This document shows, piece after piece, positions 9,370 through 16,932 of a stretch of 17,207 bases of DNA. The notes beneath the pieces are model-generated. The model ran no database searches, had not been told where the DNA came from, and saw only the letters and a list, made by a program, of their open reading frames with translations. The DNA comes from a candidate division WOR-3 bacterium (lineage in GTDB: Bacteria > Hydrothermota > Tepidihabitantia > SM23-42 > JAOAFX01): NCBI GenBank assembly GCA_037444665.1, contig JBBILZ010000049.1, positions 1-17,207 of the forward strand. The letters are read 5' to 3'. Each line of letters starts with the position of its first letter. Within the stretch, counting starts at the first letter, position 1. A program made the position numbers and the translations under genes.

Positions 9370-9405
9370 AATACGGCAATACGACAATTGTCGTATTGCC
9401 GTATT
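9370..9405. repeat. Perfect 36-bp palindrome
   Basis: AATACGGCAATACGACAA|TTGTCGTATTGCCGTATT, with no loop. Confidence 0.95.
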
Positions 9406-9446
9406 CTCAAATTGGGTTAGTTGAAAATAAAATTCAGAAAATATCT

Positions 9447-9503
9447 GTAGCGTTCGGCTTCAGCCGGACGAAAACGAATCGTCCATTTAAAAATGGACGC
9501 TAC
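9447..9503. repeat. GTAG-type REP doublet (REPIN-like)
   Basis: GTAG-CGTTCGGCT-TC-AGCCGGACG (9447-9470), a 9 nt spacer, and an inverted GTAG-CGTCCATTT-TT-AAATGGACG (9503-9480, minus strand). Confidence 0.7.
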
Positions 9504-9539
9504 AACCTCCTCTGAACATAAGACTATTACACTATACAA

Positions 9540-11777
9540 CTATCCACCCATCAAACCATCTAACAATTTCTGTATCTCCTCTGAATCCGGAATTATCTTC
9601 AGGACGTTTTGCAAAACCCTTCTGGCATCGGTTTTATTCCTATGCTCAAGGCAGCTTTTGGCAAAGTTTACTGCCTCGGTCTCAAGTTGAGACAAAATCT
9701 TAAATCGCATATTCACTGACCAATCATCAAAATTCTTCTTAAATGGCTCACCACGGAATAATCTAAATGCCCGCAAATACTCTTTTTTTGCAAATCCCCA
9801 TTCTCCTGCCCGCTCAAGTGCCTTTGCTTGTGCTAATGTTTGCTCAAATTCCTGTAAGTCCGTGGTAAAATAGATTCCTTCGTTTATTAAAACTGGCTCT
9901 CCATAACCCCAAGACACAATCAACAAATGGGTAGGTATCTTTAATGCCTTTTTAATTCTCACTAAAAGATGCGAAAAATTGCGGGATGCTGTTTCGCTTC
10001 CAGGCCAGAAATTCTTATAGACCTCCTCTAAATTTATCGCCTTTTTCGGCTCCATTGCCTTCTGGCTGAGATAGATTAAGAACGCAGCATCCTTTGGCCT
10101 CAATCTTACCTTTAAGTATTTTTGGTTCTTGTGGACCGCGAAATGTCCGAGAAGTTTGAGATTATATATCAGTGTTTTTTTATTAAATACCGGGAATCTT
10201 AATAAGCTTTTTGGTAGTCCCGTTGCTATGCCTTTTTCAATCAGGAGTTGTATTATTTCTGGGAATAGAATAGAAACACGATGTAGAATTCCCAGCAGTC
10301 CCGCCTTTTCGGCATATTTGTAGGCTTTTTTGTAATCACTTGTTTTCAAGGATAAACTGCTCTTTTTCAGTAAAAAAAGGAGATAGTTCTGGTGTATCTG
10401 CTTTATGTCTTCAGAAACTTTTGGATTGTTTATGATAGTTTCATATAAGAGCAAATCTTTCTTATTACCATATCTTTTGAGTAATGGTAAATATCTCTTT
10501 AATAAAATTATGGCCTTGTTTCTTTGACCCTGAGCAGAGTGGATAACTGCAAGAAAGAATGTTGCGAAACCCCAATAAATTCTGAGTTCCATTTTTTTTA
10601 CGATCTCTAAGAATAATTGCATCTGATTCATTGCCTTGAAGATATCTCCTTTTTGCACTAAAAAATACTGGGCTCTTTGAAGAACATACGAAGGATTTGT
10701 TTTTTCTTCTTTGTTTTTTAATCGCTGCATAAGAGTATTATATTTTTCATATTCCCCCTGGGTGATATACAATCGCGATTTTAAGAATAGTACATCATCC
10801 TCGTTAAATTTATTTTCATACACTTTCAGGATGCGATCGAACTTTTGGAAATAACCAAGATTATCACAAAAAATAAGAAAGTTTCGAACAAAGTTAGAAG
10901 TAGGATACTTTTTGATTAGATACTCACATTTTCGCAACAAATCTACCGCTTTTTGGACCTCAAGACTTCTTGCATAGGCAATGCCTTTAATACAATAGAT
11001 AGAGAACCTCACAGCAGGGTCTAAATTTTCCTCCGGACAAAGCTTCCTCATATGCCCCAATAAGACAAGCTCCCTTTTAATTTTACCGCTTCCAGCATAG
11101 CAAAGAGCCTCCAGAAGCCCTGTTCTAATTGCTGAATACACATATCCTCTACTTTCAAAATTCCTCCGTAGTTTCATTAATTTTTGTGATAGGAGATTAT
11201 ATGGAATTTTGCCAAAAAGGGAGTAGTATTTTTCCAGCCTTCGGCAAGGGGCAAGAAACTTATCCGGAATATTCGTCAAAATCTCATTTTTTGGACAAGA
11301 GGGCATCTCATTTAAGATCTTCCCGGCTTTTTGGAGATTATTCAATTCCACATATCTCCGTGCCTCTTCTAAAACATATTTTGCTTCGGGTGTCCCAGAG
11401 ATATAATCTGCAAACTCCAAAGAATAACTTTCTTTTTTTAAAGCGACATACCCATATCTCGACCAGACTCTCCATACTCCTTTGATAGAAATTTCTATAC
11501 CTTGTTTTTCAAGAATTTCTTTTGCCTTTCTGACTGTTAAGGCAGGTTCCCTTTCCTTAAGAAGAGCAATTCTTTCTTCTAATTCTCCTTCTGTTCTGCT
11601 TCGTGGCCTGGTATATATCCCAAGTAGACGCCTTTCACCTTCTTCCTTATACGCCTTTACCCATTTAAATACAGTTCGGTAGTTTACATGAAATTTTGAG
11701 GCGGTCTGCATCAATGTGGTATTATTCTTTAAATAATATTGAACAATAGCGAGACGAGTTTCTGGTCTTATGTACAT
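9540..11777 (-). CDS. Transcriptional regulator: transposase-like N-terminal HTH, TPR-like helical region, SARP-type winged HTH + partial BTAD
   Basis: The N-terminus TASKFHVNYRTVFKWVKAYKEEG...RP.SRT..ELEERI..L.E..P......L...GI.IS...VWRVW resembles IS481/IS630-type DNA-binding regions, with no DDE domain. The C-terminus L.LLG.F.V, FWP......N....L.RIKK.L, DL.EFE, A..L.RGEPF...DDW is SARP/BTAD-like. Start moved to ATG 11777 because of the promoter position. Confidence 0.75.
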   Translation of the reverse strand: MYIRPETRLAIVQYYLKNNTTLMQTASKFHVNYRTVFKWVKAYKEEGERRLLGIYTRPRSRTEGELEERIALLKEREPALTVRKAKEILEKQGIEISIKGVWRVWSRYGYVALKKESYSLEFADYISGTPEAKYVLEEARRYVELNNLQKAGKILNEMPSCPKNEILTNIPDKFLAPCRRLEKYYSLFGKIPYNLLSQKLMKLRRNFESRGYVYSAIRTGLLEALCYAGSGKIKRELVLLGHMRKLCPEENLDPAVRFSIYCIKGIAYARSLEVQKAVDLLRKCEYLIKKYPTSNFVRNFLIFCDNLGYFQKFDRILKVYENKFNEDDVLFLKSRLYITQGEYEKYNTLMQRLKNKEEKTNPSYVLQRAQYFLVQKGDIFKAMNQMQLFLEIVKKMELRIYWGFATFFLAVIHSAQGQRNKAIILLKRYLPLLKRYGNKKDLLLYETIINNPKVSEDIKQIHQNYLLFLLKKSSLSLKTSDYKKAYKYAEKAGLLGILHRVSILFPEIIQLLIEKGIATGLPKSLLRFPVFNKKTLIYNLKLLGHFAVHKNQKYLKVRLRPKDAAFLIYLSQKAMEPKKAINLEEVYKNFWPGSETASRNFSHLLVRIKKALKIPTHLLIVSWGYGEPVLINEGIYFTTDLQEFEQTLAQAKALERAGEWGFAKKEYLRAFRLFRGEPFKKNFDDWSVNMRFKILSQLETEAVNFAKSCLEHRNKTDARRVLQNVLKIIPDSEEIQKLLDGLMGG

Positions 11778-11787
11778 ATATGGAAAC

Positions 11788-11816
11788 ATTATACAAAATT
11801 TTATATGGTTTGTCAA
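11788..11816 (-). promoter_or_regulatory. Perfect-consensus sigma70 promoter of the regulator
   Basis: Minus strand TTGACA (11816-11811), 17 nt spacer, TATAAT (11793-11788). ATG at 11777 has no SD. Confidence 0.85.
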
Positions 11817-11929
11817 GAACGAAATTGGCTGCTTAAAAATGCCGTAATATCAACAATTTTCTCGCATCCCCCAGTAAAAAGCAGACATAGTTTTTATTAT
11901 ATCATTATATGAAAGGGGGTGCTATTATT

Positions 11930-13540
11930 ATGGGGAAAAATTTGACAGCTATTATGTTAAGTGCGTTTTGTCTGTTGCTCAATGCCCAGGTTCCTCTGGA
12001 GACGACTCCTTTCTGGATGTCAAATATAACTGCTGATACACGTGAAATCACGTTTGCTGATATTGATAGTGACGGCGACTTAGATATGGCGGTCAGTACC
12101 GAAGTTCCAAACGTGAATTCGACACATATCTATCTCAACCTTGGCAGTAGTCTTGAGTATTTCCCTTCAATGATACTGCCCACCGCAGGCTCTATGGGCA
12201 TAGCATTTGGTGATGTAGATAATGACGGAGATCCTGATGTTGCAGTCGGATACTCTATGTCCCTTTCCGGACAACCTGTGAAACTTTTCAAGAATAACGG
12301 CGGTATCTTTGATACGATCCCGGCCTGGACAGGTACTACCGGAGCATTATGGTGTGGATGGGGGGATGTTGACGGGGATGGTGACTTGGATCTTGCGACA
12401 GTTGACATATTGAGTGACGCAGCGGTCTACCTGAACAATAATGGAATTTTGGAATCAAGCCCATCTTGGCGTGCAGCCGACGGTTATCAATGGGATATAG
12501 TGGGCACCTGGTTTGATGTGGATGACGATGGTGACTTAGACTTGGCGATTGGGTTAGATTGCAGAATATATTTAAATAACAATGGTATTTTAGAAACCAT
12601 TGCCTCATGGCATCCGGATATATCTATTTTTAATAGTGCAGGGTTAACCGCTGGTGATATTAATCATGATAATCTACTTGACCTTGCAGTTGGCTGTGGG
12701 GCAAGTGGTAGTCATGCACCCAATCTTTTGTACTTTAATTCAGAATCTGGACTTGAAAGAACACCATCATGGCTCTCCGGAGATAGTTCTATGACCTGGC
12801 GTGTTGCTCTTGGCGATGTCAATGCAGATGGGTATCTGGACTTAGCGGCCGCTAATTTTATGGGTGCTGATGTTGTGTATTTGAACACCGGTGGAATTTT
12901 AGAAATAAACCCTTCCTGGAGTTCCGATGAATTAGAAGATAGTTATGGCATTGCCTGGGTTGATTTGGATAACGATGGTTTAGTGAATAGGATCGATACC
13001 CTAACTGGAGACGGGATACGAAGATTGTTTTACTTTTCACATGTTCCTATTCATAAGTTATACAGAGTATCTGTCGGCGGGGCGCCGTTACCCCTATCTG
13101 ATTATTGCCTTGACCCATTCGCCGGTTGGATTTCTTTAAAGGAAGCACCAGCAAATGGTAGTGAAATTTTCATACAATATTCTTACTCAATAGACATGGA
13201 ACTGGTGGTGGGAAGTCCATCTCCAGCGGCTTATCGGAATTCTATGATAGGTATTGAAGAAAAGACAAAAACCCCATGTCCAATATCATTGTTCAGAATT
13301 ACGCCTACCGTTTTAAAAAAAGGTTCTAATATTTCATTCATCTTGAATAGATCAATAATAGATGGAGATTTGTCTTTGTACGACATACTGGGCAAAGAGA
13401 TTAGCCACAAACATATAGGAACGATGCACATTGGCTTACATACTTGGACTGAAACAAATAAATTAGTTCCAGGAATTTACTTCCTGGCTATTAGCGTTAA
13501 TGGCGAACTTGAGGTTAAAAAGTTCCTTATTTGTGAATAA
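11930..13540 (+). CDS. Secreted FG-GAP/VCBS repeat beta-propeller protein with T9SS-type C-terminal sorting domain
   Basis: SD AAAGGGGGTG before ATG 11930 and a signal peptide ending LNA|Q. Seven D.D.DGD.DLAV repeats and a C-terminal GIEE...LYDILGK...PGIYF..KK motif. Confidence 0.85.
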   Translation: MGKNLTAIMLSAFCLLLNAQVPLETTPFWMSNITADTREITFADIDSDGDLDMAVSTEVPNVNSTHIYLNLGSSLEYFPSMILPTAGSMGIAFGDVDNDGDPDVAVGYSMSLSGQPVKLFKNNGGIFDTIPAWTGTTGALWCGWGDVDGDGDLDLATVDILSDAAVYLNNNGILESSPSWRAADGYQWDIVGTWFDVDDDGDLDLAIGLDCRIYLNNNGILETIASWHPDISIFNSAGLTAGDINHDNLLDLAVGCGASGSHAPNLLYFNSESGLERTPSWLSGDSSMTWRVALGDVNADGYLDLAAANFMGADVVYLNTGGILEINPSWSSDELEDSYGIAWVDLDNDGLVNRIDTLTGDGIRRLFYFSHVPIHKLYRVSVGGAPLPLSDYCLDPFAGWISLKEAPANGSEIFIQYSYSIDMELVVGSPSPAAYRNSMIGIEEKTKTPCPISLFRITPTVLKKGSNISFILNRSIIDGDLSLYDILGKEISHKHIGTMHIGLHTWTETNKLVPGIYFLAISVNGELEVKKFLICE

Positions 13541-13559
13541 CTTTTGAGGAGGTGTAAAA

Positions 13560-16214
13560 ATGAAAAAAATATTAATTTTTTGTGTACTGATGTGCAATCT
13601 TTTAGTTAATGCAGAAGAGCAGGTAAAAATGATTGAAAAGATTAAAGAAACAATAAAAATGGAAGTTTGTCCAGACGAAAATTATCTAGCCAAAATGCTC
13701 CTTCATTCACCAGAACAACCCAATCTTTCACCATTTACCCTGACTGAATTCTTAATTGATACAGCAATAATTCAACAACAGCTTCACGGCGGGCGCAATC
13801 CGGCTATTGCTTTTGATGGCACAAATTTTATGGCTGTTTGGAGGCAAGTTACCGTAGCCTATTCGGGATTATATGGCGTGAGAATTTCCTCCGAAGGCTC
13901 TATTATTGGTGATGTCTTTCGTATATCTACCATAGCACCAATTGACCAACCTGATATTATTTTTGATGGCACAAATTATTTTGTGGTATGGACCGGCAAT
14001 TATAATTGTGTCTATGGAGCGCGGATTAAACCTGATGGGACTGTGATTGATACAAATGGATTCTTAATTGCAACTAACAATTCTATTGCATATACCCCTG
14101 CGGTTGATTATGGTGTGGGCAGATATCTTGTAGTGTGGGAGGTGACTGCTGGGAATTTTGATGCCTATGCGGCTCTTGTTGATACGAACGGAACAGTTCT
14201 ACTCAATTTCCCGCTTGAAAATGATCCGGTTCTTGTTGGAGCCTTGCCGGATGTCTCTTTTAATGATACGGATACTATGTTTTTAACAGTATGGTACGGA
14301 ACCTACGTATTTGGGAGCAGAATTTTGCCCGACGGCACAAACCTGGACCCAGGTGGATTTAGAATAAGTAATCAAGGCTCCGTCTTATATCCAAGGGTAG
14401 ATTTTGATGGCACGAACTGGTATGTCGTCTGGTCATGGCTACTGAATGACTTTTCTGGAGCATGGGTGAGCCCTGATGGGATTCCATTCCACGAATTTAA
14501 CCATATGCCAGGTAGTTGGAGCATGTGGGTGCCGGCACTAGTGGTCGGAGATTCTGTTCACTGGTTACAGGCATTTAATGGAGGCGGAGCCAACCCCCCA
14601 GTGGATATCTATATTACTCGCATAGATTTTCGCGGAAATGTCATTGATACCCCCTGGATTCCTGTTGATACTTCTCCGGGCTGGCAAGCGTGGGGAAAAA
14701 ATACCTATGGCGACAGCACCTTTATCGCAATCTGGGAAGACCAAACAACCTGGGATATCTACGCCAGGCGGTATGCACCTGATGGAAGTCCTAAAGATTC
14801 AACGAGATTTCCTGTAAATCTATTCACTAACAACCAGAATTATCCTGGGGTCGCTTTTGACGGAACTAATTTTCTTGTAGTATATGAGGATACAAGAACA
14901 GGGAGTGGCGATATATATGGTGTAAGGATTACGCAGGATGGAATTATTATTGACCCTGTTGGATTTTTAATTTGTCAGAATGTTGGGAGTCAGTATTGGC
15001 CAAGGGTTGCATTTGGTGATTCCCTATACCTTGTAGTCTGGATATCAGATTCAGCTGTCTATGGTGCAAGAGTCTTACCAGATGGAACAATTCTCGATCC
15101 AAATGGGTTCCAAATTACCCCTACTAATAGCAGTATGCCTTCTGTTTCATATAACAATGGTGTTTTTCTTGTTGTATATAACCATGATTACAACGGCAGT
15201 GGCGTCTTCGGAATTTGGGCAACAAGGGTATCTCCTAATGGCACTGTGCTCGACCCATCTGGTGTTGAGATAGAACCCGTCCCAGGTATTAATCAACAGT
15301 TATGGTGGCCTGAGATTGCACCTCATAAAGATGGATTTTTTGTTACCTGGAATTACAGCGCTTATCCAGGAGATAGTTCAAGGATTGATGGTGCGATTGT
15401 TCAGGCTGATACTGGCTCAATAAATCCTGGTCCTACAATTCGTATCTCAACACCGGGGTTAGGTTATGATCCAGAAAATAGATGGCATGGAATAGCAGGA
15501 ACCCCAGAAAATACTTTTCTCGTCGTATGGGGGAAGAACTATAATCAAATTTACGGCACCCTTTTAGATTCTTCTGGAACAGTTCTTTCTCAGATACCAA
15601 TATGCACAGTCCAACCGAATATTGTGGAACAGCCGTCAGTTGTATTCAATGGGAAGGACTTTGTAGTTGTGTGGCAAGATTCGCGTCAGACGGCATGGCA
15701 ATACGACCTATATGGTGCCCGAGTATCGCCCAATGGAGTAGTCTTAGACACTAATGGTATTGAATTTGTGAATAGCGAATACTCAAGATTTTATGTAGAA
15801 CTTGCTTCAGCAACTCCGGATCCAGATACTGGTGCTAAAGTATTACTTGTATTTAATGGTTATGTCAGTGAACCGTACAATGGAAATCGGGCACTAGGCG
15901 CCATCTATCATCCACCAACCGGCATTAAAGAAAGTTATATTCAAAAAATTCCAACCGAGCACAGGATTACCATTTCACCAAACATATCGTATCAAAAACC
16001 TTATGTCTTGAGCTATTCGTTTCCTCGTCAAACTGAGATTAATGTGAATGTCTATGATATTACTGGACGGTTGGTGAAGAATGTCTATAACGGCGATATC
16101 AAAGAAACAGGCGAGATAAAATTTAGTTTACAAGAAATGCCTCAGGGTATCTATTTTGTCCGGGTGAAAACAGAGAATAAAATAAAGACAATGAAAATCA
16201 TTTGGCTTAAATGA
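13560..16214 (+). CDS. Secreted repeat (double beta-propeller-like) protein with T9SS-type C-terminal sorting domain
   Basis: GAGGAGGTG RBS and signal peptide. About 14 repeats of P.VAFDGTNFLVVW...IYGARV.PDGTVLD..GF.I. C-terminal GIKE..ISPN..VYDITGRLVK..QGIYFVRV..KII motif. Confidence 0.85.
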   Translation: MKKILIFCVLMCNLLVNAEEQVKMIEKIKETIKMEVCPDENYLAKMLLHSPEQPNLSPFTLTEFLIDTAIIQQQLHGGRNPAIAFDGTNFMAVWRQVTVAYSGLYGVRISSEGSIIGDVFRISTIAPIDQPDIIFDGTNYFVVWTGNYNCVYGARIKPDGTVIDTNGFLIATNNSIAYTPAVDYGVGRYLVVWEVTAGNFDAYAALVDTNGTVLLNFPLENDPVLVGALPDVSFNDTDTMFLTVWYGTYVFGSRILPDGTNLDPGGFRISNQGSVLYPRVDFDGTNWYVVWSWLLNDFSGAWVSPDGIPFHEFNHMPGSWSMWVPALVVGDSVHWLQAFNGGGANPPVDIYITRIDFRGNVIDTPWIPVDTSPGWQAWGKNTYGDSTFIAIWEDQTTWDIYARRYAPDGSPKDSTRFPVNLFTNNQNYPGVAFDGTNFLVVYEDTRTGSGDIYGVRITQDGIIIDPVGFLICQNVGSQYWPRVAFGDSLYLVVWISDSAVYGARVLPDGTILDPNGFQITPTNSSMPSVSYNNGVFLVVYNHDYNGSGVFGIWATRVSPNGTVLDPSGVEIEPVPGINQQLWWPEIAPHKDGFFVTWNYSAYPGDSSRIDGAIVQADTGSINPGPTIRISTPGLGYDPENRWHGIAGTPENTFLVVWGKNYNQIYGTLLDSSGTVLSQIPICTVQPNIVEQPSVVFNGKDFVVVWQDSRQTAWQYDLYGARVSPNGVVLDTNGIEFVNSEYSRFYVELASATPDPDTGAKVLLVFNGYVSEPYNGNRALGAIYHPPTGIKESYIQKIPTEHRITISPNISYQKPYVLSYSFPRQTEINVNVYDITGRLVKNVYNGDIKETGEIKFSLQEMPQGIYFVRVKTENKIKTMKIIWLK

Positions 16215-16268
16215 AGGTAGAAAGGCTATAGGCGTAAATAAATAATCAGGAATGAGTTAAAATAATAG

Positions 16269-16303
16269 AAGGCGGAGGTTATGTTCCCCACCTTCGCCTT
16301 TTT
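16269..16303 (+). terminator. Intrinsic terminator of the secreted-protein operon
   Basis: AAGGCGGAGGT / ACCTTCGCCTT stem (one G-U pair), 10 nt loop, T-run at the 3' end. Confidence 0.75.
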
Positions 16304-16336
16304 GATTAAAATTCTTAATTGAATTCAGAATAACAG

Positions 16337-16512
16337 ATGGATAAAATTAATTTTGATCGCTTACCAAAGGAGGCCTTTTGGAGCATCTTTATCTGGATGT
16401 GTTAATCGCCTGTTTAAAAGAGATTGTTAGGGCGTTGAAAAATGAGCCTGAGAAGGCACTGGTTGATTTGCGGGAGATTGGTAAGACACTTGATAGTATT
16501 GTGGTATCCTAA
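16337..16512 (+). pseudogene. Frameshifted ORF remnant, possibly the N-terminus of the broken HD-GYP gene
   Basis: ATG 16337 gives MDKINFDRLPKEAF. One frameshift at the TTTT run (~16376-16379) continues as LEHLYLDVLIACLKEIVRALKNEPEKALVDLREIGKTLDSIVVS*. Confidence 0.35.
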
Positions 16513-16590
16513 ATTCCAATTTTTTAAAGATTATTTGGATTTTGGGTTATTGTGATTTTTTCGGATTTAGAAATTCGGATTTCGGATTTA
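16506..16590. repeat. Degenerate 7-mer tandem/inverted repeat (TTCGGAT type)
   Basis: TTCGGAT TTAGAAA TTCGGAT TTCGGAT at 16560-16587, preceded by TTTGGAT TTTGGGT and a complementary remnant ATCCTAAATTCCAA at 16506-16519. Confidence 0.65.
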
Positions 16591-16932
16591 TCCGAGTTAT
16601 GGGGTTATCATATCCTATCAGGTTTTACTGATATTCCTGAGATTTTGAATGGTGTTAAAACCCATCATGAGTTCTATGACGGCTCGGGCTATCCTGAAGG
16701 CTTAGAAGATGGTGAGATTCCTTTGATTGGCAGAATCCTTGCGGTTGCTGATGCCTATGATGCGATGACCTCAAAAAGACCTTATCGCAAGGTTAAAACA
16801 AAAAAAGAGGCGATTGAGGAATTAAAAAGCCTTTCCGGGATTCAATTTGATAGGAATGTAGTAAAAACATTTTTGAAAATCATAGAAGAAAATAGTTCAT
16901 TTAAACACTTAAACAATTGTTTAATTATTTAA
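16591..16932 (+). pseudogene. HD-GYP c-di-GMP phosphodiesterase, C-terminal half only
   Basis: HHEFYDGSGYPEGL..EIPL.GRILAVADAYDAMTSKRPYR..GIQFD is present. The HD (HDIGK) motif and N-terminal half are missing, and the upstream 'ORF' sequence is just the 7-mer repeat. Confidence 0.85.

Larger units (their letters stand above)
9165..9544 (+). repeat. Direct repeat copy 1 (~380 bp; partner 16822-17203)
   Basis: 9343-9508 matches 17002-17167 with only 2 mismatches in 166 bp (offset 7659). Flanks 9165-9342 and 9509-9544 are clearly homologous but more diverged. Confidence 0.95.

Noticed and set aside
9370..9405. 36-bp palindrome as a CRISPR repeat
   Set aside because: Only two copies 7.66 kb apart, the flanks are identical rather than unique spacers, and no cas genes are present.
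9447..9503. Integron attC site
   Set aside because: No RYYYAAC...GTTRRRY boundaries, no integrase in view, and the enclosed genes have their own promoters and opposite orientations.
11448..11777. IS481/IS630 transposase or IS element
   Set aside because: Only the HTH region is similar. There is no DDE domain or terminal inverted repeats, and the frame continues into TPR/SARP domains.
11778..11816. Extended regulator N-terminus from TTG 11816 or ATG 11789
   Set aside because: These codons are part of the -35 and -10 boxes of a perfect promoter.
75..15273. Short overlapping or antisense ORFs in the six-frame track (e.g. 75-422, 3567-3902, 5355-5666, 11129-11485, 12130-12408)
   Set aside because: They are shadow frames of well-supported longer genes with no recognisable motifs.
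16552..16590. N-terminus MIFSDLEIRISDL of the 126 aa ORF
   Set aside because: It is a translation of the 7-mer repeat, with no RBS and no HD-GYP homology.
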